Source: Owenia fusiformis
Taxonomy: Eukaryota
Direction: 5' to 3'
DNA: 64,000 bases
Assembly: GCA_903813345.2 (NCBI GenBank)
Contig: CAIIXF020000001.1
Location: 48,050,001-48,114,000, forward strand
Shown here: positions 1-12,300 of the stretch, in pieces
Layout of the letters: every line of letters starts with the position of its first letter
Numbering within the stretch: the first letter of the stretch is position 1
Made by a program: the position numbers and the translations under genes
The notes under the pieces: generated by a model
The model's database searches: none
What the model was told of the DNA's origin: nothing
Seen by the model: only the letters and a program-made list of their open reading frames with translations

Positions 1-377
1 CATACATAAACATGAAGATACCACACTGAACTTCATGAAGATGTTGTTAAGTTATGAAAATATAAAGTGTCATAATATGTTGTTCTAGGGCCATTTTGAT
101 ACTCAGACCATCTCTGTCTTGCTAAAATTGAAACATACTAATAGAAGGCTATGGTCTGTCACAATGGTCTAGGGCAGTTACATATAAGGTAGGAGGATGG
201 ATGAATGAGTCAAGATGGCTCGTAATCTCTGACCCCATGACTCAGAGAACTGGAACAAGTTCTGGACCCCTTTGTACAGATGAAGAGACAGATGGTCTTG
301 AAAAATGAATTTGTCCTCATAATCTTATAATCTGTTGATGTGAGTACAGTCCATTAATTGAACTGGACATAACTTAC

Positions 378-3300
378 AGCAGTTCCGGGGCTCTGTGCTT
401 CACTGCCATCCTGGGGATAGAGTCTAGATACAGTGTCCAGAAGAATATCAGTTCCATTGGGGGCAAGATTGCAGTAATCCTACAACATTATGATCATGGT
501 TTAGCATGGTATCTATGGTAAGATTATAAAATGAAGAGACACAGAACATTCGTGCTCAAATTCTCAAGATGTGAAACATTGTTTAGTAGCTTAATCTACA
601 TAAGAAATTGTTCTTTTAACATGAACAAATGTTATTACTAAAATGTGAATAATCTTAGACCAGCTTCAAAGGATTCAAAACGTCACCATCTGCCATTTGT
701 TATAGACACCAACTGCCAAACACTAACCACCTAATGCCTAACACCAACCACAGAACACCAACTGAAGACGCTGAACACCTTCCACAAAATGTTGAGACTA
801 TAACAATATGTCACCACTTCATAAAAATGAAGAAAAATCAATCACAGTATGTTTCAGTTGGAAGTTTAATAAGAAATGAAGTTTGATCTTTAATTACCTG
901 TATACACTGAAGCCACCACCAGATAGCATCTCTGCAGTTATATCTGGCATGCGTACCCTCGCCCAGTAGGTTAGGTATCAATCCATGACGTAAACACCCA
1001 CCATATGCAAGAATTAGATACCTAAATAAGGAATAGAATATCATTAATGATTATACAATTCAAAAAAGAACTTCACAATCTCTAATTTTCATATGACTTT
1101 GAATGTGGAATTAAAAAACTGAAAATGAGCTTCCCTAAAACACTTTATCTACTACATGTTTTACATGAAAAATATAGAGGAAAAGAGTGAAGTCCTTAAA
1201 TGTTTGAAATTTTAAAGAAACATGGTGGAAAATGTAAGCACATATAATGAGCTGTACCTGGCCTCCTGGAATCTACCAGTTAACAGCAGCATTCCTCTTA
1301 TAGCAATGAATGTGTCTCTGCCCCAGTTACGGAAAATTCCACTCGCAAAGTGAGGGAGACCTGAATGAATAGAAACAAGGCATATTAAAACAATGACAAA
1401 ATGTAGGTTCATCCTGTCATCAGTTTGAAAATTGTTACAGGCACCGTAGCCAAAATCCAATGGCAAAGGCAGATCATTGGTGACACAATAAATCAGGTAT
1501 ACAACATAAACAGCGTGGCAATATAGTTTTTTTTATAAAAACATAACCTTAATGTTTTTCAGGAATATGTTTGTAGCAAACCAATTCTTGTAGACTTATT
1601 CTATGTTTAGGTGTATTGAATTCAATTGTAGGTGGCATCAGTTTCTGACACACGTAAATAATATATGAAGAAAATGAAAATGAATAAATGTGGATTAAAA
1701 TGTAGTAAAAATTAACCTGCAGAGAGTGTATTACAGCTTTGTACCCTGCGTCCAGTTTTCTCATCTATACTTGTAGGTGGCTTAGGTTCATTAAGACTAG
1801 GAGACAATGTGGGGAGGGGGGCAGTTTTCACAATGCCACACATCTGTGTTGAACCCAGAGCAAGTGCTCTAACAAATGATGAGCCATCTTTAACAAACCT
1901 AGAAACAAATTCACATATCATTAATATTGGTCCCCCGATTGTGAATTGGCTATATTAGTGATATTTGTGAAAGCAGGACAAGCAACTGCAAAACCAACAG
2001 TTAACCAGCCATCCAGAGGCATTTTACATTCAGCATCTGATTGGGTTATGAAGGTTGATGTTGGTAAGCAGCTTGTTTTCCCCCAGCATGTAGTCAGCAC
2101 CACTCTGAGGCCAGACATCATCATCACCTCAGAAACAACGCAGACCATCATTCTTGTTGAGTTAACTGTACCCTGGGAGGAGCGGGTAGAAGAATCCCAC
2201 GAATTAAAGAAATTGAAATACGAGGACATTGTAACTGATGCCAAGCGAAGAGGATGGCAGCCACACTGTTTCCCTGTGGAAGTAGGCTGCAGAGGTTTTC
2301 CAGCCAAGTCTATGGACTGGATGTTGAAGTCGCTCGGTCTACCATCTCGCAAGCGCAAGAAAGCAATGATTACCCTAGGAAGGGAAGCTGAACGTTGCTC
2401 TCGTTGGCTGTGGTTGAGAAGAAATGCAAATTGGTTGCCCCAGTAATCCCTTGTCATCTTGCCTCATCTCCACCATTATCATGACACACCCTGTATCCAA
2501 TAAGTCTCCCCTAGCTAGCATACCTTTAACCCCTTCCTCAAGCTTGAGCGGAGATGTGAAAAGGTGAGCGTTGGTCGACCATAAAGCGCTTTTTAAACCT
2601 ACCATAGACCGTCGCAAGTCGGTTTCAAGCATTTACCGCTCATTCCCTTAGTTGAGATGTCTACTCTGATGGAAGTTGGAGGCAGCTGAGGAAACCTCTA
2701 CATTTCCACAGCTAATGTGTATGGCGCAACAGCATGTAGTCCATCTAAGCATGTTTATCATAATATTGGTCCCCCGATGGTGAATTGGCTATATTAGTAA
2801 TGAAATAAACAATAATTTCATATTCCCAGCATCCCATTTAATTATTAATAGGGGATTTGAATGTCCTTCATGGAACCAAGAAAACTGGAAGTTTCGAAAT
2901 TGGTACTTACTACCTGACATTGTGATACTTTTAAGTTAATAGCAAAGTGCATAATCAAAATTATTAAATAGACATTACTAGGATTCAAAGTGTTTGACTT
3001 TTTTAGTGTTTAATTGTTCCAATCCTCACTTATTTAAGGAACCAAATCAAATTAGGTGTTATGATCCATAAAAATGAGCCCCGGGCTATTTCACCAACCA
3101 AATATGGGCATATATTCTACTACTTACTCCCCCATAAGATTCCAGATGGCATCATGGATCAACACAGAAGCACCCGTCATAATTGCATCAAAGTAACAGG
3201 GGACAAGGTAGCGGGGAATCTTTGCCAGGAACTCAAAGACTCCTTCAAACCATAGGCCTAACTACAATGTAATATTATACACAGCATGAATATGTATTTA

Positions 3301-6300
3301 CAAAACAGACCAAATGACAGCATATACTCCCTGTAGTAGCAAACCTTCAAGAAAGATAAATATTTTATCAAATCACTCATTATTTTGAATATTATGTGAT
3401 AGAAATAACAAAACTACACCTATGATGTGACATGAAACCATAATTGAAATTTTCCTCTCAAGTGAAGGTCCAATACGCGTAAGGTATCATTCCTATGAAA
3501 AGACAAGTCTCAGTTTCAAGAATGAAAGACAAGTCCCGGTTTGCAGAATGAAGTTCATAAGTCTACGTACTTCATTCTTCAAACCAAGACTAGTCTTTTG
3601 GACAAATTCTGATGTTATACTGAGGTTATCTACTGAAAAGGTGGCAATTTGAATTCAACAGATATCTTTAAAATATCGTCTTGAGCAGAGCCCAATGGCA
3701 CTGCAAAACTGACTCAAAATCCCATTTCCAAAAAATGAATGTCCTAAAATTAACAAACATCACCTGATGTTACAATAATCTTTGAAAATTTGAAAAGTAT
3801 CAATAAATTAAATCGTTTTAAAATATTATCGATTCAAATATAACTACGTATATTGACTCAACCTTGAATATTGAAATATTTTTGCTCTATTGAAATTACC
3901 AATAGAAATTTTGTAAAGGTCAACTTGGCATTTCAAAAGTTCAGGTTACGCTACATATTTAGTATTGCTATCAATAAAAAAACCAGACAAACAAGATGTA
4001 CTGTACTGATTGCTATTGTGAAATTTACCATGAATTTCAAAATTATCTGATGATACATCATCATTAATTATAACATATTTCAATGATTCTAAACACCTTT
4101 GTTATGTTTTGCATCGACATTCACAACATTCAAGTAAGCCATGATGTACTGTACTGATTGCTATTGTGAAATTTACCATGAATTTCAAAATTATCTGATG
4201 ATACATCATCATTAATTATAACATATTTCAATGATTCTAAACACCTTTGTTATGTTTTGCATCGACATTCACAACATTCAAGTAAGCCATGAATTTTAGA
4301 AAATGTACAGTTTTTCAAACTATTGCATTAGTTTTAATATTCAGCTTCATGTTCTTAAATGTTCAAAGATATATAACAGAACTTTTAAGCAAAAAGGAAA
4401 TTCAAAAAGTTTACACAAAGAATGCTAAAAGAAATACAACAAATGATCTAGGTGTTAATGAAATTCTAGAATTTTACACAAGGGATTCTTCCATTACGGA
4501 GATCGAATCCCGTGTGCAGAAAGAAAGAAATGAGATTGAAAAACAATTGTCTGGCATGGTTAAAAAAAGAATGGCGGATATAATCCTCGTAGGAATGTTT
4601 AAAGCGGGTACAACTACAATGAGTCTATGGCTTACGACTCATCCACAGATTATTCAACTTAGAATAGCTGGTTATTATGGCCCTAATAAGAATTATGCAT
4701 TGGGGCATGTAGCTCATGTGGCTCAGATACCCAACGTCTCAAAAGACAAGATTATATATGAACGATGCACAGTTTGCTTTACTAGCCAAGCTGCCAGGGA
4801 GAGGATTTTGGCTGCATACCCACAGAGGGATGTGAAACTTTTAATCATGGTTCGTGATCCTATAGAGCGACTTATATCTGGATATGTGCAGAATGTTTAC
4901 CAAAATTATAAAGTGGAAATAAAAGAATCTTTTGAAGAGTATATATTCTACCCCAATGGGACCATACGAACAGATACAGAATATTTTCAAAAAAGTTTTT
5001 ATGTTCGTCATCTTGCAAAATGGCTGCTGTTATTTCCAAGAGGAAACATACATTTAGTTGATGCTGATACCTTTACGAAGAAGCCATGGGTAGAACTTGA
5101 AAAAATTGAACAACTACTTAAAATCAATCATTTATTCTCAGAGGATCGCTTTCCAGCCAATCCTGAAAACCCTTTATTTCGTTGCCTCGCTAAAGAATAT
5201 ACAAAAGGGATGTACTGTATGGGACATGCAAAGGGAAGAACGCATCCTGATGTTTCTACAGAAACAATGCAGAAATTGAAGAGATATTTCAAGCCATATA
5301 ATGAACAATTTTTTACCTTAGCAGGACAGAGGTTTTCATGGAGTTCAAACTATAACTAACACAGTACACAATGAGACAGATGATAAAATAATTTGAAATC
5401 TGGATTTTTATAAATACGCTATATTTACTTCTACGTGTGGGCAAGCCATAACATAAGTGTCCCTTTAACACATTTCACACTTCTTATTGATTTGAATTCA
5501 AAAACAATGCAAATTACCAATCAATCATTCTAGTCCATCCGCAAGCTGTAAATATCAAGGTTGAATTTATCATGACCATCATGATCATTGTCTAAGTTCA
5601 CCTGATAGAGGATTTACTATGCTGTAAGTAGACATACCTGCTTCGTGCCATGATTTGCCTTCATCCTGTTGGCAGTATACTGCAGAAGCCAGTCTCCATT
5701 CCTGATGTTCTCACAAAGTGGATGTCCAAGATCATTGTTTGCATGGATCTTAGTCAACAAAGACATAACCCCTGGATAAGGCAAAAGTTGACATATAGGA
5801 CAGGTATCTAGATATCTGTGCTCTGACAACAAGTTAAATGAATGAAAATATGCAATATTGCATGTAATTATAAATCTAACATGTGAACAGTTGAAAAAAA
5901 TTTCGAAACCAGACAAAATTGCCTTTTGCATGCTGCTAATTGTTAAATCTTTTAGATTTTCTATTAAAGTTGTTCATATAGGTATCAATTTTCAATATTT
6001 TGATAAATCTATGAAGCAAAATAAATATTTCCAAAAAATTTTATTTGAGCCATCTAGCTAAATGGCTTATGTTGCATTTTTATTATGTTCTGAGCTATTT
6101 CAAAATTGATTAATAAAGAAGTCAGACAAAGAAAGTTTACTGTTCTATTGTTTTAACAATACCTTGAATCCCGCAATAGACAAGAGGCCCATATTTGGGT
6201 ATATCGTAGACTGCAAATCCCTTCCCATCATCTTTTTCTTCGGCATCACAGCGATACATGACACGGTTCAAGTCTGATAAACTCATCCTATTAAATATTT

Positions 6301-9300
6301 AGTTATAATTGTACACCCGATTTTATAATTGTGAGATAATAGTGGAATATAAATACCCATACAACACTAGCCTTGCCAAAGTCGGTATTTTTTTACTTAT
6401 CTGATCTTGAATTATTACCGCCTTGTACAATCCAAAACATCTCCGCTGTTATTATGCTGAAATATTTAACGGTTTCGAGATTTCCATAATACCTTCGCTA
6501 TCAGGGGTATCGCGAAACCTTATTGATTGACAGATATCGCGTGGACACGACGTGTGACTTCAGGCTGAATGACCAATCAAAACGTTATTAGGTTGGGCTG
6601 CATAAACAAGACAAACTTCCCATGTACGACTTGAAATTCAATGATCTGATCGAGTGTTTCTTTAGAGTTACAATATATTATGTAATTAAATGTACATTGG
6701 AAGGTAAGAGTCATTAATATAAATTAAATCATGCGATTCAATGTTGATTTAAAATTGATTTCGCGATGAAAATGCACGAAGACCTAGTCCAATGTAGCGG
6801 GTCATGTTGTCGTCGATCGGTGATTGAATCTCAGCCTACATGTTCAGCGATCGTTTCAATGTTTATTGTTGAAATCTTCTCACCTTTGGTTATCTGATCG
6901 ATGCCCCGGCATCCACTAAACTCTCGTTGATATTTATCTGATAAAATATTTGTATTTTCATGATGAATTCGTGCTCAGATTCGTGCAAGATTTGTTCGTG
7001 AAAAGTCCCAGTGAAAAGTGTACTTGTTTTTGACCATGCATAATAATGAGCTAACGCTACAGGGCCGTCGTTGATTGGTCAAATTTTACCGACATCAACA
7101 AACTGTCGGTAAAGCACGTGGCTTTCTCTTTGGTACAAGGCGGTCATAATAGAAATCAAGATAAGTAAAAGAGACCGACTTGGACAAGGCTAATACAACA
7201 CCTACAACAAAGTATATTTATACCTTATCCCTTGATGTTAAATTCATTATATGTGCTAGGACGAATGAAATGCTTTGGAGTATTCACTTCTAACATCTAC
7301 TATATGAGGATGAATCATCTTAAACATCTTCTATTTCAATTAAAAGTAAAACTGATCATCATAATAGAGACTGTTTTAAAAAGCTGGTTGTACCTGGAGA
7401 TAATTGACTTAAAGTCAGTGTCTCTCTGGGTCTGCTGAAGGTTAGAGCCACTGTAACTTCTCATACGGAACCCAAACTGTGTTAGAGCTGACCTTATGGC
7501 AAGTATGGCTGTCTTGGACTCTGGACTCATGCAGATTCTAAAATAGATGTGTGTCTCCATATAAGTAGGTGGTGGTAGGTGGTACTGGTATTATTTTATT
7601 TCATCAATTTCAATTAATAAAAAATAATAATATGGTTGCTTAAAACCAATACCAAAAAGTGGTAACACTGCCTTACCTAAATACAATAAAGCAACATTAC
7701 CCAAATGCAATAACGCTGCCTTACCTAAAGCAATAACACTGCCTTACCTAAATGCAATAACGCTGCCAGGTGGAAAGTTCACAAAGTCAATCTCCTGCAA
7801 GTGACCATCTCCAGGGTCTTTCAGCTCCACCATATCACTCTCATAAAGCTTGACATGCTCTTGTATGGTCACACCATAGTTTGAAACACCATTGACATAG
7901 CTGACCTCTTTTTTGAATTCAGATGCACCCTTACAAATTGTTCTTGCTTCAACTATGATCTCTTCGACTATACCTGAAAAACGAAAGTACACACCTGTAA
8001 TGTTTCCAAAATTTTTCAAATAAATTCCTTTTTTGGGAAAATTGCATGTAATGAACATCTAAAGCCTTCAAATAAGTGCATTTACAATATCATGTTTACC
8101 TGGGACACAAAGTGGAGGCACAAATCCTGTTTTGTTCGGGTTACTAGGATAACTAAATGCTGTGCGGGCTACTAGGATAATAGTTCTGTGGTTGTTAGGA
8201 TTATGACGCGTCACTGCAACTATATCTTTATCGACCTGGTCAACATAGACCTAGAAAAATGGTGTGCATATTATGTATTAACTGTCTAAGTCTATGTTAT
8301 TTTCAAGTGATGTTGTTCCTTCTCAATTTTCTTCATACAAATAACATATTTATAGCAATGGAATCAAAAGTTAACATTTTTTAGCTATTGATCATTCACT
8401 ATTAATTTCATGTACATCATTCAGAAACTTGTGAACTTAAATTTGCTTACCTGCGTAAATCCTGCCTCCCCCATTTCAAAGTGAAGTCTGTTTAGGGCAG
8501 TCTTGGCTGCAATGATTCCACTCCCTTGGTTTACTGAGCCTTTATTTAACACCTTGCTGTCTGTCCATGCTGCATATTCACGTGTCTCATTTACTACATG
8601 GATCTTAAATTAATAAACATGAAGCTGAAGGAGCAGCAATGAAAATAGATGAGTTGGGGATATTTTTGGGAAATTGATAGCAAAATTACTTTTTTTCCTA
8701 AAAAATAATCCAAGATTGTACTAGTCTGAAAAATTACCCCCTACATGATACTTCTAAAGCCCTCTAAGATTAAAATGCTGGCACTACTATATTATGGGAT
8801 CACTCTGTGATTATAAACCTTTGCAGACCTTCAATCTAGAAATACACTGAACAAGCTTCTGGACATTTCAAACATAATGCCTTCCTCATTGCTAAGAAAA
8901 ATAGTAAAACACAACCTCATATCAGTAAGAAATTCTTTCTACGGTCTTCATGCTCCAAATTAATTATATGTTTACTTACATGATGTGGTACAAGTTCATC
9001 ATATCCTCTGTTACTGCCAGTCGCACAGCAAGCCATAGATACCAGACCAGCACTTGGCAGCAAGTCAAATACACTTCTTTTCTAAAAATACAACAACATG
9101 AAGACAGTTGTAATTAACAATATATTTTTATGGTGTCAGCAACGTTTCCGCGTGAACGAAACACTCCCTCGTGCATGTAGGACCGTTTGGGTTGGACACC
9201 ATGGTTATAGTTAACAATACATTTTTATGGTGTTGTAGAGTGTTTCATGTTTCCTGAACTTGGCAATCTTATTTCTCAGTCTTGTTATTTAAAGCATGGG

Positions 9301-12300
9301 ATTGCCACAATACATTGGCGAGCTCATCTTCTCTGATAGAAATTAAATCTGTCTACATACATTAGTACATGTTCAATACAATACCAGTCTAGATATGTTA
9401 AGAGCTCTATATATTACTCATGCACTTTAAAAAGTATTTTTGCATACATAGCTAACAGTACCTCTACTGGACTAGGATTGTCATGTGTTTGGTCCATGAA
9501 CAAAGCATGAGCTATAGATGGCTGTAGGGGTCTGGTGGAAGGTTGGATAAAGGCACCAACAGGCTCACCCCCATAGCGATAAACAAGACGTCCTTCTTCG
9601 TGCGCATCCCAAGCACTCATTGCCTCTAAAATATAAATAGTTTACCAAGTGAATGAAGCTCATTAAAATCTTTGTAAAAAATTGTGCAAGCACAAAAATT
9701 TATTTTACGCTGACAAAAAGGCTATGATGCAAGCCATAACACTAGAAAACCAAGCAACTGTTGCTAATCAGTTATGTTAAACAAAAACAACAAGCTATAA
9801 TCGGGGCTATAATACTCATCTGACCAAGTTAAGTGTGTGATACTTTACCATATGACTTTACAATTCAATCAGATTTTTCGAAAGAAAATTTTCTTATCTT
9901 AGTATTGATACAGGGTGAAATGATTGAACAGTTACCTCTAATTAAAGAGTTGATGCCTAGTCTGTTAATGAACACATTGTCTGTGTGTTCACTAGAAGTG
10001 AATAGCTCTGCTATGACATACATGTCAGGCCGGACCTTACGTGCTGCATCTAGCATGTACTGGAAATTAAAGCATACAAATATAGTACAAATACTCATGA
10101 TTAAAAGAAGTATGATTCCCTTGGATTCACAACAGAAGCTAAAACTTTGGAATTATTTATCCCGTTACATTTTAACAGTTAAATATCCATCATATTATTT
10201 TAATATTTCTAATTCCACATCCTATGATAATATATAAATCTACAATTTACCTCTGCTACATGAAGTGGCGTACTGTGGCAATTATCCAGTCTAATACCAT
10301 GAAATATCTGTGCAGTAGTGACTGTATACTCCAGCATATATTGCCATAGATACGGGCAATCTTCTGGCTTGTCACCATATCGGAGTTTAACACTATCACC
10401 CCAAGCTATCAGCTCCCTCCTGAAGTAAATATTCGAGCCTGGTTCAGCGAAGTTCCTCAGTGGGTCATCATTCATCACCCATCCATTGTGAGCCATCATC
10501 CAAGCACCTTGTTTCTCATAACTTAGCACCTCATCCATCTCTACACTGACTGACTTGCCATGTTCAGGATAATCACCAGGATGAGTGAAGTACCTGAAAA
10601 GAAGTTAAAAGTGAAGAATACAAAGCCTCATCAGAAATGTGCTCGGCAAATATCTTTTGCAGTTTGGGCTTGAATGTTTACTTCTACCATAAATAATAAC
10701 TGCCTTTGAAGTATAAAATAAAAATACCATACTCATAGCAAAATTCTAATCAACTTATTCATTCTTTATGTAAAGTGTTTAGAATTACTTTGAATGACTG
10801 CATACTTACATATCCATTATTGGATCACTTTTGGAGACCTTGTCATATTTTGGACCATCATCTGCCAAGAACCTGTACCTCCCATTGGCTATAAAATTGT
10901 TGACTGCCTGGGTTAGATGGGATTGCACTTCTTCACGAATGCTGTTGTTCAGTTCCTTAAGTTTAAATTCTAGATCTTTGACACATTTTTCTATGGTTGC
11001 TTCTTTAGTTCCATCATCAAATCTGAAGATATTTACAATGTCCTATTTATTTTACAATAGCTTTGGGTAATGTGCCACAGTAGAAGAATGATCAAGCCCC
11101 ATTGATAGCCCCATACACTTGGTCTTTCACACAAACTGGTTTGGGATACAGAAAGTAAAAGTAAGGGAATCCAGAGACATGGTGCAAGACTTTTTTGCTG
11201 GCTGGAGTTCATTTTATATTATTCAAATTATTGTGCAGCATAGTAGTTACATAAATAACTGCATAGCGAAATTTGAAAGTAAGGTTCAATAGAAGCTTGG
11301 AAATCACAAATTTTATTTCATTCTTTAAAGAAAAGGTCAATACTGCAAAATTGCAAGGTGAGCAATATGTGGGTGAATTTGAGAGCCCCATAAAGACAAT
11401 AAGTATTTGTTCTGACTAATCCTCTTCAATAGATTTCAGATAAAAAACTTACTTTTCATTTCTGTACAATTGCATAGCTTTATCCATGTTGATCGTTGTA
11501 TGTAGCCTCCTCCATTGGCTGTCCTGTTTGACTTCCACCTTCCCCTCCATCTCCTTCTCCCCTTGTCCATTACTCCCTGGTGGCAACCCTTTGTCTGAAT
11601 GAAGATAAATTTTTTAATATCCGTCAATTAAAATATTGAATTCCTGAAAATTGTGTACAATTTTTGTGTTTGCTATTATTATTGCAAAAGGGCATGATTT
11701 TATAGAACTTATAAAAATAGCTCTAAAATCATGCATTATTATCATCGGACCAAATATCATCAAGATAAAATGGAATCTCAATGTTAAAGATGTTAAACTT
11801 TAAAGTGAACCCTGAAAAACTAGCAAAGATTGCAGCATAGCAGACATAAAGAAGGATGAAGTCCAAATTTTGATGCAACAACATCATGTCCCAAAAATGT
11901 ACTCCTTAAACTTAAAGGTTCAATTCAGAGTATTTGCAATCTCTTTACTAGATAAGCCTTAAAGAGGAATATGCTATGCCATGTCTGTTATAAATGGTGA
12001 AATGGTATAATTCTATCTTACCTAAACATGCCTTAAACTCTTCCAGCACACTGTCCACATCTAAGATGAAGAACTCATTCAGGTTGGACTTAGGAATAAC
12101 TTTATCTAGTAATACATTCTGTACAGCCTAAAATAAAAGAATGGTCTTAATGAAGTACCTCATGTCCCACTGCATTTATTGACATATAAGTAAACCATTG
12201 AATTAAATAGTATTCTCATCTAAAATTGCTTTATTTAATCATGATCCAACCTCAAAGATTGAGAGATGTCAATTAGAAAACTGTTTGATTTAAGAAATAA

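Noticed and set aside
1921..2457. 178-aa minus-strand ORF (and 2375-2632)
   Set aside because: Antisense shadows of the retroelement endonuclease ORF and UTR; no recognisable motifs.
2600..2700. Possible hammerhead ribozyme (plus CTGATGG..GAAAC; minus GAAACCG..CGGTC)
   Set aside because: The plus strand lacks CUGANGA and stem I; the minus strand has a stem III-like part but no CUGANGA core.
3497..3600. Imperfect hairpin with a short direct duplication upstream of the sulfotransferase
   Set aside because: Probably a decayed MITE; no TSD or second copy to support a call.
12028..12041. ATGCCTTAAACT resembling the U12 snRNA 5' end
   Set aside because: Only ~12 nt match and it is the antisense of an AGL coding exon.
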